Virus record (IMG/VR): IMGVR_UViG_3300037262_000027
Span: 1-56,732 of that record
Length of the DNA stretch: 56,732 nt
Origin: a virus
Lineage: Duplodnaviria; Caudoviricetes
Reading direction: 5' to 3' (one strand)
Shown: positions 26,332 through 36,265 of the stretch, piece after piece
Layout of the letters: every line of letters begins with the position of its first letter
Numbering within the stretch: the stretch's first letter is position 1
Made by a program: the position numbers and the translations under genes
Notes under the pieces: generated by a model
Databases searched by the model: none
What the model was told of the DNA's origin: nothing
The model's input: the letters and a program-made list of their open reading frames with translations, nothing else

Positions 26332-29300
26332 TGGCCGCCCGTACCGTAGAGATCGCGTTCCTCGGGAACACCAAGCAGCTCGAGGCCGCGCTCGAGCGCG
26401 CGGGTCTGGTCGCCAAGGGCTCAGGAGACGCCATCGGCGACGCGTTCAACTCGGGATCCACCAAGGCCGGGAACGCCCTGGAGAAGCTGGGCAAGAAAGC
26501 CGAAGGGCTCGGCATCCCGTTCGCGGCTGGTCTCTCGACCGCAGGCAAGCACCTGGACGAAGCCTCGACGAAGACGGGCAAGCTCACCACCGTCATGGGT
26601 GATCTGGGCAAGGCCACCCTCATAGCCGGTGGAGCGGGACTCGCAGCAGTAGGTGTCGAGGCCGTGAAAATGGGCATCCAGTACGAATCGGCCCAGGCCA
26701 AGATCAAGGGCGCCACCGGCATCTCCACGAAGGCCGCGAAGGAAATGACCTCGGCGTTCGGGGACGTCGGCAAGTTCGGAGAGTCCTCGGGTGAGCAGGC
26801 GGAGTCAGCCTACGCCGGAGTAGCGGGGCAGTTGCAGGCGACTGAGGGCCACGCGCTCGGCACCGCCGAAGCGATGAAGGTCATGTCCTCGGCCACGACC
26901 CTGAACACGGCCGTCCAGGGCGAACTGGCGGGAACAACCGCCGCGCTGTCCTCGGTGATGCAGGCGTTTCACCTTTCGGCCGGGCAGGCCGCGGGGACCG
27001 CCGACACCCTCTACAACGTCTCGACTCGCTTGGACGTGCCGATCGGCTCCCTTGCGACAGCGATGGACAAACTGCACTCGCGGCTCGGGGTGCTCGCGCC
27101 GGGGCTCTCGGACATCGGCGGGCTGATGGTCTCCCTCGGCGAGCATGGGGTCACGGGCTCCCGGGGTGTGCAGGTCGTGAACACCGCCTTCCAGACCCTC
27201 GTGGGCGGAAGTGAAAAAACGACGGCGGTGCTCAAGGATCTCGGCGTCAACATCTTCAACCAGCAGGGCAAGTTCATCGGCCTGCAGAACGTCATCGCCC
27301 AGCTTCAGCCGAAGCTCGCGGGCCTCTCCCAGCAGCAGCAGGTGTTCGCCGAGAAAACGCTGTTCGGCTCCGGCGCGGCGCAGATTATGGGGCAGGTCAT
27401 CCAATCGGGTGTCCCGGCGTTCCAGAAGGCGACGGATGCCGCGACGAAAGCCGGGACCGCCCAGGGAGCAGCAGCTCAGCAGGCCAAGACCCTCCACGGC
27501 GAGTTCGAGACCGCGAAGGCATCGGTCGAGACGCTGGGCGGGGATCTCGGCCTCATCCTGATCCCGAAGCTGACGGCCGTCGCGAAGGCGCTGGCCGAAG
27601 GGATCACCTGGCTTACGAAGCACAAGGAAGCCGCGCTAGCGCTCGGGGCGGTCATCGCCGGGCCCCTCGCCGCTGCCATCACCGTCTACGCCTCCCAGAA
27701 GGCCATGTCGTTCATCACCCGCACAGGTGAAATGGCGCAGTCGATGTACAAATTCGGGGCGCGGGTCGTCGAAGTGGTGCCGACGATCTTGGCGAAGATG
27801 GGGCTGATCGGCTCGACCGCGCAGGCGACCGCGGCCGAGACTGCAGCGGCAAATGAGGAGATGGAGGCCAACAACGCGGCCCTCGCAGCCTCCTATGGGG
27901 TGACGGAGGCCGACATCAAGGCCGCCGGCATCGGGATCGTGGACAGCGCCGACACGACCGCCGCTGGTGTGGACACCGCACTCGGCTCGACGGGAGTCGG
28001 GTTGGTGCTGGTCGGGCTCGGGCTCGCCGCGACGGAGCTGGCGACCCACTGGAGCGAAGCCGCACACGCCATGCGCACGGTCGCTGACGAAGTAGCCAAC
28101 GAAATCATCAACGCGCTGAACCGCATTATCCGGGCCTACGACGAAACCATCGGGGAAGTCACGGGGAACGTCAAGGAGCTGAACAAACTCGGGGAAGAAG
28201 GGACCCAAAATACCGGCACTCACAAGCCCGGTGAATTTGCAGGCAAGGGCGTCGAGGGCGAAGGTAAGACCCCCACTCTCAGCGGAGGCACCGCTCAACA
28301 GATCCTCCAGTTCTGGGAGGCCAAGGGGTTCAGCCCGGCAGCAGCAGCGGGATTTGTCGGCAACGCTCAACTGGAGTCGGGCCTCAACGTGCATGAGCAT
28401 GGCGGGGGGCTGTACCAGCAGACCGGCGTCTCGAACTATGAACAGGTCGCACAGGGGAGCGTCGCCCAGCAGTCCAATGTGGTACTCGGCCGTCTGTCGT
28501 CATCTCTGATCGAGGCGCTAAAGCACGTCAAGAACCCGGCGGAAGCGGCGAAGCTCATCGAGCACGACTTCGAGGTCCCGGCTGGCTCTCGACCAGGCGA
28601 ACCGGGCTACGGGACAGCAGAAGAGGGGACCGCCCACCTACGCCAACGCGAAGAAGCGGCGCTGAAGGCAGCGCACCTGAACCCGGCCCTCGCGGGTGCG
28701 GAACACGAAACCGCCCACGCCAAAGAAATGAGCAAAGCCGAAAGCACCGCCGAAAAGAAGGCGTCGAAAGCGGCCGACGCCGTGGAAAAGGCCGCCAAAG
28801 CGCACGAAGCCTACCTCGCCAAGATCACCACCGCGAGCGAATCCCTCCTCAAAAAATACGAAGGCAACGTCCAGAACTCGACCGTCTCGGCGCTTGAGAA
28901 ATCACTCGGGGTCTCGACTACTGGGAGAGTCCCGACAGGCCCCGTAGAGGTCCGCCACGGCGTCCGCATACAGGACACGACGACCGTCTCAGCCCTGACC
29001 CAGAGGGCAGCGGAAACCGGGAAGAACTCAACGCTCGAACACGCCCTCGGCCAGAGCGCCGGCAAGTCCGTGGCGGGGGAGCAGGAGGCCAAGCTCGTCT
29101 CCGAGCTGAAGGCCACGCACCAGAAGGCGCTGGAGGAGATGGCCTCAAAGCTCGTCGCCGCCCACAAACAGGCCATCGCCGCCCTCGCCGCGGAGATGGT
29201 CTCCGCCGAGCGCACCACCCTGGCCGAACAGCTCAAAGTCCAGGCGACCGAGGAAAAAGACCGCACCACCCAGCTCGAACACTCAGCCACCGACCAGCTC

Positions 29301-30296
29301 AACATCGTCAAGGCAGAACAGGCTCAGCAGACCGACGCGGTGAAGGCGGCCGCCACGGCGATCGACGACGCCACACAGTCGATGTCGGCCAGCTTCTCGG
29401 CCCTCACTCAGAGCATCGAAGCTCAGTCCAAGGTCATGGCCGCCGCCTCCAACGGAGTCGTCGAGGGGATCAAGGACCAGACGAACATCGAAGTCTCGAT
29501 CTTGGGCGAGCGGGGGCTGTACGGGCTGAACCTCATCGCGCAGAAGGAGGAAGTCCAGCTCGATGAAATGAAGGCGAGCTACGACCAGCAGATCGCCCAA
29601 GCCCAGCGCGAAGATGCCGAACTCTCACTCTCCACACAGCAGGTCGACGCCGCAGACGAACAGATCGTCATTCAGGACAAGACCGCCTCAGACGCGGCGC
29701 AAGCCAAGGCCCAAGCCCACCTCGATGCGGTGACCATCGTTCAGGACGGCCGGATTCAAGCAGCCCAAGTCGAAGTAGATCAGGCCCAACTGCACGGGGA
29801 CCAGCTCGTCGGCAACGCCGAGCTCAAGGTCCTCGCCGCCAAGAACGAGGGCAAAGCAGCCGAAGCAGCGGCAGCAGCGAAACTCGTCAACGCCGAAGGC
29901 AACGCCACCTACATGGTCTCGCGGGCGGAAAGCAACCTGAAAGGCACCGTCGAACCCGGCGCCAACAGGGAAATCAACCAGGCGTCCAATGAACTGACGC
30001 AGGCGGTCGAAGGCTGGGCAAAAACGATCCGCGAAGCCGAACAGGCCCTCGCCAAGGCCAAGGGCGAAGGAGCCGAACAGCTCGCGAAATCCCAGCAGAA
30101 CCTCCAAGGCATCGAAGACAAAGCCGCCGAAGCCGAGGCCAAAAAGGAAAAAGAAGTCGGCGTCACCAAGGAGCAGAGCCAGACGCAATACGCCGGCTCA
30201 GGGCTTGTCGTGAACCAGTACGGCATGGACTACGGCAACGCGCAGGCGAACGCAAACGAGCTGACCTGGGCGTTGACACACCAGATACCTGTCTAG
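26331..30296 (+). CDS. Tape measure protein with embedded lysozyme-like domain
   Basis: 1321 aa Ala-rich helical; LGVNIFNQQGKF; GFSPAAAAGFVGNAQLESGLN..GLYQ near 28300-28600. Confidence 0.92.
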   Translation: MAARTVEIAFLGNTKQLEAALERAGLVAKGSGDAIGDAFNSGSTKAGNALEKLGKKAEGLGIPFAAGLSTAGKHLDEASTKTGKLTTVMGDLGKATLIAGGAGLAAVGVEAVKMGIQYESAQAKIKGATGISTKAAKEMTSAFGDVGKFGESSGEQAESAYAGVAGQLQATEGHALGTAEAMKVMSSATTLNTAVQGELAGTTAALSSVMQAFHLSAGQAAGTADTLYNVSTRLDVPIGSLATAMDKLHSRLGVLAPGLSDIGGLMVSLGEHGVTGSRGVQVVNTAFQTLVGGSEKTTAVLKDLGVNIFNQQGKFIGLQNVIAQLQPKLAGLSQQQQVFAEKTLFGSGAAQIMGQVIQSGVPAFQKATDAATKAGTAQGAAAQQAKTLHGEFETAKASVETLGGDLGLILIPKLTAVAKALAEGITWLTKHKEAALALGAVIAGPLAAAITVYASQKAMSFITRTGEMAQSMYKFGARVVEVVPTILAKMGLIGSTAQATAAETAAANEEMEANNAALAASYGVTEADIKAAGIGIVDSADTTAAGVDTALGSTGVGLVLVGLGLAATELATHWSEAAHAMRTVADEVANEIINALNRIIRAYDETIGEVTGNVKELNKLGEEGTQNTGTHKPGEFAGKGVEGEGKTPTLSGGTAQQILQFWEAKGFSPAAAAGFVGNAQLESGLNVHEHGGGLYQQTGVSNYEQVAQGSVAQQSNVVLGRLSSSLIEALKHVKNPAEAAKLIEHDFEVPAGSRPGEPGYGTAEEGTAHLRQREEAALKAAHLNPALAGAEHETAHAKEMSKAESTAEKKASKAADAVEKAAKAHEAYLAKITTASESLLKKYEGNVQNSTVSALEKSLGVSTTGRVPTGPVEVRHGVRIQDTTTVSALTQRAAETGKNSTLEHALGQSAGKSVAGEQEAKLVSELKATHQKALEEMASKLVAAHKQAIAALAAEMVSAERTTLAEQLKVQATEEKDRTTQLEHSATDQLNIVKAEQAQQTDAVKAAATAIDDATQSMSASFSALTQSIEAQSKVMAAASNGVVEGIKDQTNIEVSILGERGLYGLNLIAQKEEVQLDEMKASYDQQIAQAQREDAELSLSTQQVDAADEQIVIQDKTASDAAQAKAQAHLDAVTIVQDGRIQAAQVEVDQAQLHGDQLVGNAELKVLAAKNEGKAAEAAAAAKLVNAEGNATYMVSRAESNLKGTVEPGANREINQASNELTQAVEGWAKTIREAEQALAKAKGEGAEQLAKSQQNLQGIEDKAAEAEAKKEKEVGVTKEQSQTQYAGSGLVVNQYGMDYGNAQANANELTWALTHQIPV

Positions 30297-30306
30297 GGGG
30301 GTCCCG

Positions 30307-31203
30307 ATGGCCTTTGTCCCATATGGCGTCTCATGGCCGGGACTGGCCGAATGGCAATGGTCGTTCGGCGGCTACGTGGGGGGTCCCGGCACAAACCTGG
30401 AGTCCCGCGAATGGACTGGACTAGACATGCCCGCCGTCCGCTCCGGGGACTCCGGGCGCCCACGCGATCACGGCATGTTCCGAGGGCTCGACGTGATGGC
30501 CGGCCGGGAACCGAGCCTCACCTCTGACCTGCACGCCCTCTCGGGCACGACCCAGGAAGCCGAAGCCGCCATTGCCAACGCCACGATCCCCGGCGGCTCC
30601 GAAGACACGCCGCTGTTCGTGAACCTGCCTGGTTGGGGCACGCTGGCCTGCATGGCGCGCGTGCGCAAGCGCCAGATGCCGCGCGACATCGAGCTCTCGC
30701 TCGGGAAGCTCGGGAAGGTCGCCCTCCTGTGGGCAGCGGATGACCCGCGCTGGTATGCGGAAACCAAACAGGCGTCCGTCGTCCCGCCGAGCAAAACGGC
30801 GGGCTTCAGCTTCAACGTGAAATTCAATCTGTCGTTCGGCGGGGGCTCGGTGGCGGGGTCTCTCGCGGTCACGAACGCGGGCAACATCGAGACACGTCCC
30901 CTCCTGATCGTGGAAGGCCCCTGCGAAAACCCGTCGATCACGAACATCACCGCAGAAGGCTCACCGAACCTCACGTTCAACCTGACGATCGCCTCGGGCG
31001 CAAAGCTCGTCATCGACACCGACCTGCACACGGCGACCTACTACGGGCCGGGGGCAACGATCGGATCGACACGGCTGGGGACTCTCGCCTACGGGTCGCA
31101 GTGGTTCACGCTCGCGGCTAACACGACCTCGACCCTGCAGTTCCTCGCGGCCACGTCGGAAGGTCAGTTGTCGGTGCAGTGGGCCAACGCCTTCATTCTG
31201 TAG
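30307..31203 (+). CDS. Distal tail protein (Dit)
   Basis: Follows tape measure; DPRWY, TNAGNIETRP, GPCENP, WFTL. Confidence 0.85.
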   Translation: MAFVPYGVSWPGLAEWQWSFGGYVGGPGTNLESREWTGLDMPAVRSGDSGRPRDHGMFRGLDVMAGREPSLTSDLHALSGTTQEAEAAIANATIPGGSEDTPLFVNLPGWGTLACMARVRKRQMPRDIELSLGKLGKVALLWAADDPRWYAETKQASVVPPSKTAGFSFNVKFNLSFGGGSVAGSLAVTNAGNIETRPLLIVEGPCENPSITNITAEGSPNLTFNLTIASGAKLVIDTDLHTATYYGPGATIGSTRLGTLAYGSQWFTLAANTTSTLQFLAATSEGQLSVQWANAFIL

Positions 31204-31214
31204 ATAGGAGCGTC

Positions 31215-32693
31215 ATGCCTTGGCCCAGTATCACCGAAAACGTCACCAAAGCCACCAAGGCATTCTTTGAAGAAATCAAGGCTTTCATCCAGACCGGCGC
31301 AACAGGTTCACTTGTGACGAGCGCCGCGGTGGACGCTCCGGTTATTCTCCAGGAAGCGAACGGGGATGATGCGAACCCGATTACGCTCGGGACCAGCGGG
31401 ACGCCGATGCAAGCTGGCAACACGCTGTTGCTGCTCTCTCAGACCGAGCAGGGGACGGGGAACATCACGGCCGTCAAAGGTGGCGGCGTTACGTGGACGA
31501 AAGTCGCCAGTGTGATTACGACCGGCGGCTTGGTCGGCCTTGCGCTGGATATGTGGGTTGGCTACAACTCACAACCGACCGAACCAAACGGAGAACCCAT
31601 CGAAATCACGATGTCAGGGGGGACCGAAGAAGCTGAAAAAAAAGTCATATGGGTCGTGCAGGAATGGGCGGGCCCCTACGCGCTCGACTCCGTCGTCACC
31701 GTGCCGGCAACTGCGCTGAGTTCGGGGGAACTGGAACCTAAACTCGGGGAACTGACTCCGGCTAACTTCAACGAGACGCTGTATGTGGGCCTGGTCGGAA
31801 TCAACGCGGGCGGCGCTTGGTCATCAACGGTACAGGCGGGCTGGACGACGGTTGAAAACATCGGAAGCTACTCATCGAACCACGCCAAGGCGGTTTACAA
31901 AACCGCCAACTCACTAACGAAAGAGCCCCTGACGATCAAACGGACTGCCAGTGGTGCGCAGACCTGGACAGGCATTTACGCTGCCTTCAGGCTTCGCAAG
32001 GGGGTGGCGGGGCTAACCGACGAAGGGGTGCTCGACACTCGCGTCATTCCCCCGTCCCTTGCGCATGTGCCGGGGAACTGGGAACCCCTCCCATTTCGGG
32101 AAGGCACGGTCGAAGAATCAGGCGTTGCCATACCCACCTGGAAATCAATCTCTAGCAAAATACTGAAACTGACCAAACACGGCCTTACGAACGGTACGCC
32201 CGTACAAATCTCGGGGCTCTCAGGGGGTGCGGGCCCATCCCCGCCGACAGAAGGACTCAGCGAAGGGCAGAAAAGCAGTCCGATACACGCTCCGTTCTAC
32301 ATGGTCACGAATGCCAAAACGAACGAAATTGAACTACTGCTCTACGGGACCGAAACGCCCGTCTCCTGGCCGACGAGCGAAGTCACCGCCGTAACGCTGA
32401 CGCCCCTGCTTGTTGCGTGGCGAGCGGAAGCGGGGGCAGGTGGTATCGGCCTGCGTGGGCAGCTCAAGTGCAAGGCGGGCAAATCCCTAACCGCTGGCAC
32501 GACCCTGTTCACGGCGACGCCGGCGGCACACCCCCTCTATACCCAGACCTTTACGGTATACGTCGGCACGGAACCCAAAAAAGCCGTTCCGGTGACCGCA
32601 ACGATAAACACCCTCGGTGAATGCACGCTGGCCGTCACGGTGGCGGAAGGGGAAACGGTCTACCTGGATGGCACGGGCTACAGGCTCACCTGA
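31215..32693 (+). CDS. Minor tail / receptor-binding protein
   Basis: AGGAG RBS; Thr/Gly-rich beta domains; C-terminal LRG..TLF..YLDG motif. Confidence 0.7.
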   Translation: MPWPSITENVTKATKAFFEEIKAFIQTGATGSLVTSAAVDAPVILQEANGDDANPITLGTSGTPMQAGNTLLLLSQTEQGTGNITAVKGGGVTWTKVASVITTGGLVGLALDMWVGYNSQPTEPNGEPIEITMSGGTEEAEKKVIWVVQEWAGPYALDSVVTVPATALSSGELEPKLGELTPANFNETLYVGLVGINAGGAWSSTVQAGWTTVENIGSYSSNHAKAVYKTANSLTKEPLTIKRTASGAQTWTGIYAAFRLRKGVAGLTDEGVLDTRVIPPSLAHVPGNWEPLPFREGTVEESGVAIPTWKSISSKILKLTKHGLTNGTPVQISGLSGGAGPSPPTEGLSEGQKSSPIHAPFYMVTNAKTNEIELLLYGTETPVSWPTSEVTAVTLTPLLVAWRAEAGAGGIGLRGQLKCKAGKSLTAGTTLFTATPAAHPLYTQTFTVYVGTEPKKAVPVTATINTLGECTLAVTVAEGETVYLDGTGYRLT

Positions 32694-34081
32694 TGGGAGT
32701 CGTTGGCGGAAACCTTGTAGTTCCGTTCTTGATCGGCGAAGGGGCGGAACCGGAACCCACTCCGGCACCGGAACCGATCGCTCCGCCGCAGAAGCCGAGT
32801 GTTCCCAGCTTCTCCTACTACGCCTTCGACTTTCTCACCGGTGCCTTCCAGGGGCAGCTCCCCCTCCGAGGCGTCACCTTCGGCAAACAGCTCAACTCGC
32901 CGGGCACCCTCAAGGCCACTCTCGACCTCAGCGATCCCCGAATCCAGGCGACCTTCCCGCTCCAGAACACGATCCCGAACAAGTCGTTCATCGTCGCCGA
33001 CTACATGGGCGCCCCCCTGTGGGGAGGCATCGTGCTCCCACGCGAACCGAAGACGGAAAGCTCAGGCACAAGCACCACAGGCACCCTCGAAGTGACCTGC
33101 TCAGAGACGTGGGCCTACTTCCAGCACCGCGTCCAGGCGACCGACTACTCGAGCCCACCGTACAACGGCATAGCCGGCCACACGGGCAACCCGTCCGAAT
33201 CCGAAAAGATGGCGCTCTGGAACCAGACCCCGTATGACGCGAGCCTCATCGCCTGCCAGGTCATCAAGGACGCCCTGGAATACGCCGACGGGCTGAGCGT
33301 GCCGCACGGCAACCCGCTCGGCGGCCTGGCGCTGATGCTGAACGGGGCTACGCCCTCCGGGCCGGTGGCGCCTCCCGGAGATTGGATCGCGGTCTCCTAC
33401 CCCTTCCCCTCGATGCAGATGGTGGACACGATCGTAAACCAGCTCTCACAGCTCGGGCTCGGCGTCGGCTTCGACTACGCCGTCGACATCGCCTACTCGG
33501 CCGGCTCACCCTCACCACCAGTCGGCACGATCAACCTCTCCTACCCCCGCCGCGGTCGCACGGTCGCGCAGAACAGCCTGCTCATCGACGTGACGACCGC
33601 ACGCTCCTACTCCTTCCCCGAGCAGGGCTCGGAAACCGCCAACCGCGTCTATGAGCTCGGCGGCACCGGAGCGATCAGCGTCTCTGAAAACACCTTCGCC
33701 CAGGAACAGGGCTACGCGATCTGGGAGCGGATCATGTCGCGCGCGAACATTCAGTCTCAGAACATCGAGGCGATCCTCGGGGTGCTCGGCGAGTCGGATC
33801 TGGCGACCTACACCTACGCACCGGTCACCCCGTCGATCACACTGGGGATCAACGACCCGAACCTCCCGCTCGGCTCGTTTATCGAGGGCGAAGACGTGCA
33901 GGTCATCGTCCCGCAGTACAACGACCAGGGCGACGTATTCGATCCGCGCTTCCCGGCGGGCATGGATCAGGAGTGGCGCATCACCGCCTACGAAGTGACG
34001 GTCGCCGACGCCGGCGACGCGCTCGTCAAGCTGTCCCTCGCCGCCCCGCCGTTCATCCAAGCGCTCTCCCCGAGCATCTGA
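32693..34081 (+). CDS. Baseplate hub / minor tail protein
   Basis: FDFLTG..LPL.GVTF..QLN.PG, LWGGIV, WRIT; TGATG coupling. Confidence 0.75.
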   Translation: MGVVGGNLVVPFLIGEGAEPEPTPAPEPIAPPQKPSVPSFSYYAFDFLTGAFQGQLPLRGVTFGKQLNSPGTLKATLDLSDPRIQATFPLQNTIPNKSFIVADYMGAPLWGGIVLPREPKTESSGTSTTGTLEVTCSETWAYFQHRVQATDYSSPPYNGIAGHTGNPSESEKMALWNQTPYDASLIACQVIKDALEYADGLSVPHGNPLGGLALMLNGATPSGPVAPPGDWIAVSYPFPSMQMVDTIVNQLSQLGLGVGFDYAVDIAYSAGSPSPPVGTINLSYPRRGRTVAQNSLLIDVTTARSYSFPEQGSETANRVYELGGTGAISVSENTFAQEQGYAIWERIMSRANIQSQNIEAILGVLGESDLATYTYAPVTPSITLGINDPNLPLGSFIEGEDVQVIVPQYNDQGDVFDPRFPAGMDQEWRITAYEVTVADAGDALVKLSLAAPPFIQALSPSI

Positions 34082-34782
34082 TGCCGAACTACGCGAAGCC
34101 AGTAGCCCAGAAACCGCAGAACTGGCTTGCGGCGCTCAGGGCGCTCTCGACGGCGAATGCGGCCGGCGGCACAGAGTACATCTACGAATATCCGCGGCGC
34201 TCGAAAACTGAAGCGGAAGCAGGCACACCCGAATCAGAACGTGGAGTGTGCGTCGCGATCCTCGGCAACATCGCCTTTGGGCCAAGGGGAGAACCCACAA
34301 GCCTTTCGGGGTGGGGGATCGCAGTCTTCGCCGGCGGTAAATGGGTCAAGGTCAGCGGCGGGGGAGGCGGGGAAGGACCCCCGGGCCCCGAAGGTCCGAA
34401 AGGCGAAAAAGGGGCAACCGGAAGCACAGGGCCTGAAGGCAAACCCGGGCCATGGAATGAGACGAAGGTCTACGAGGTTGAAGGCTCGATCTCGGCCAAG
34501 ACCTTCCTTCCCTGGATCGCGCCAAAACCAGCGACGTCTGAGGTTGTCAAGTTCGTGGGCGTCGTGATCAAGCTTGCCGCGGGCACGTGCAAAGTCGAAA
34601 TCAAGCGCAACGGCACCCTTGTCACGGGCTACACAGCCTCAGAACTTGAAGCGACGTCGTCAGTCAGTCACAAGTACGGCACGGCTGTCACTCTGAGCGA
34701 AGGCGACGAACTCACGGTGACCGTCAGCGGCCCGAGTGGCGCTGAAGGTCTGACCGTCGAGTTGGTGCTGGAACACTCATGA
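34081..34782 (+). CDS. Minor tail protein with short collagen-like repeat
   Basis: GPPGPEGPKGEKGATGSTGPEGKPGP. Confidence 0.75.
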   Translation: MPNYAKPVAQKPQNWLAALRALSTANAAGGTEYIYEYPRRSKTEAEAGTPESERGVCVAILGNIAFGPRGEPTSLSGWGIAVFAGGKWVKVSGGGGGEGPPGPEGPKGEKGATGSTGPEGKPGPWNETKVYEVEGSISAKTFLPWIAPKPATSEVVKFVGVVIKLAAGTCKVEIKRNGTLVTGYTASELEATSSVSHKYGTAVTLSEGDELTVTVSGPSGAEGLTVELVLEHS

Positions 34783-35327
34783 GCCCGCTCGATGAGCTGT
34801 ACGGCGCGGGGACGACAGCGGCGTTCGCCGAACGGTGCAGCCTCAAAGCGCTGCTACCCGAATCGACCGTCACGGTCACGCAGCAGGCTTCTCCCGACTG
34901 CCCTTGCCACGTCGCGGTCGACTGGCGCACGGGGAAAGGGGTTCTGATTGCCACCGTGGCGATCGACTTCCGTGGCACGATCGCGCACTACTCCAACCGC
35001 TGGATCGCCAAAGCGGTACGCGGCCATGAACTGCACGCCCGCGACGTCACCGCCTTCCGCGCGTTCTACAAGGCGCTCGGGATCGTTCTCGTCACCGCGT
35101 CGCCGGAAAACCCCTACGCGGAATGGCTGCTGAAGCTGGGCGGCTTCGACTTGCACGAATACGAAGGCCAGGAGTACTTCGGCGCCCGTCTGGACGTGCC
35201 CGACAAGACGCTCGAATTCGCAGAATGGGTGAAAGGCGGGAAGGTCGTGGGCGAACGGCCAGCTTGGCTCACGGGCCTGCTCGCGAACCCCGTATCACCG
35301 CCGCCCGAAGGTGAAGAAACTTACTGA
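34779..35327 (+). CDS. Hypothetical protein, possible GNAT fold
   Basis: IAKAVRGHELH...ALGIVLVTASPENPYAEWLLKLGGF resembles GNAT motifs A/B. Confidence 0.4.
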   Translation: MSPLDELYGAGTTAAFAERCSLKALLPESTVTVTQQASPDCPCHVAVDWRTGKGVLIATVAIDFRGTIAHYSNRWIAKAVRGHELHARDVTAFRAFYKALGIVLVTASPENPYAEWLLKLGGFDLHEYEGQEYFGARLDVPDKTLEFAEWVKGGKVVGERPAWLTGLLANPVSPPPEGEETY

Positions 35328-35911
35328 TGCCCGCCGTCGTCGTTGGCATCAAGGAAGACCAGAAGGTCGGCCCGTGGGAAACGCACCCGACCGCCAAAGG
35401 GACGCTGACTTCATGCGTGAGCAGGCCAGGGGAAGTGCAGCCCTCGACGCCCTCGCTGACCAAGTACATACAGGGCCTCACCGTCACCAGTCAAGCCGGC
35501 CAAGTGAAGCTCGAAAAACCCGCCCTCCCTGCCGGCGCGACGGTCACAGGGGGTGCGCTGTGGGTCTACTGCGTCTCCGAACGCACCACATCGATCCTCA
35601 ACGTATGGATCAAAGAAAGCGGCCTCACGGTAGCGGCACCGACTACGGCGGGCTGGGTCAAAGTCACGCTGACGGCCGCGCAGGCGGCGGAACTAAAAGA
35701 AGGCAGCCTCATCGGATTCGCGATTGCCACGGGCAAAGAATCCGAAGCGGCCCTCAACAAAGTCTGGGACGCCTACGCTGAAATCGAATACACGGGTGGC
35801 GCGGAAGGTGGGCTTATGAGGATGCTCGTCTGTCGCAAGCTCCCACTCTGGGTGCCGCGGTCCTGCACGTTCCGGCCTCGGCTCTGGACGCCCGAGCCGG
35901 CGACGATCTAG
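35327..35911 (+). CDS. Minor tail / virion protein
   Basis: TGATG coupling; LPAGATVTG beta-sandwich pattern. Confidence 0.6.
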   Translation: MPAVVVGIKEDQKVGPWETHPTAKGTLTSCVSRPGEVQPSTPSLTKYIQGLTVTSQAGQVKLEKPALPAGATVTGGALWVYCVSERTTSILNVWIKESGLTVAAPTTAGWVKVTLTAAQAAELKEGSLIGFAIATGKESEAALNKVWDAYAEIEYTGGAEGGLMRMLVCRKLPLWVPRSCTFRPRLWTPEPATI

Positions 35912-35923
35912 GAAGGGAGTGCC

Positions 35924-36265
35924 ATGCTGACGATTGTCCTATCTGGCCCAAAGGCGGCCGAGTCACAGGTGCGCAACGCGTTCGCCTCCCAAGGCTTCGA
36001 GGTACAGCGCACCGTGGACAACCACGGGCTCCCGGACTCAGCGACGGAGAAGGACCGTGACAAGAAGTCGAAGCAGCCGATTGCGTTCGTCACCGTCACC
36101 GCCCCGGATGAACAGCTCAACGCCGTCCGCGAGTGCGCCGAAACGCTCTCCTACCGCCTTCGAATGCACCACGACACACCCCCGGAGCCCGCACCCGACC
36201 CGCTGATGGCCACGCTCGAGGATATGCAGCGTGAGATCGATGAGCTGAAGGCGAGGGTCGCGTGA
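35924..36265 (+). CDS. Hypothetical protein with C-terminal coiled coil
   Basis: AGGGAG RBS; 113 aa. Confidence 0.65.
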   Translation: MLTIVLSGPKAAESQVRNAFASQGFEVQRTVDNHGLPDSATEKDRDKKSKQPIAFVTVTAPDEQLNAVRECAETLSYRLRMHHDTPPEPAPDPLMATLEDMQREIDELKARVA

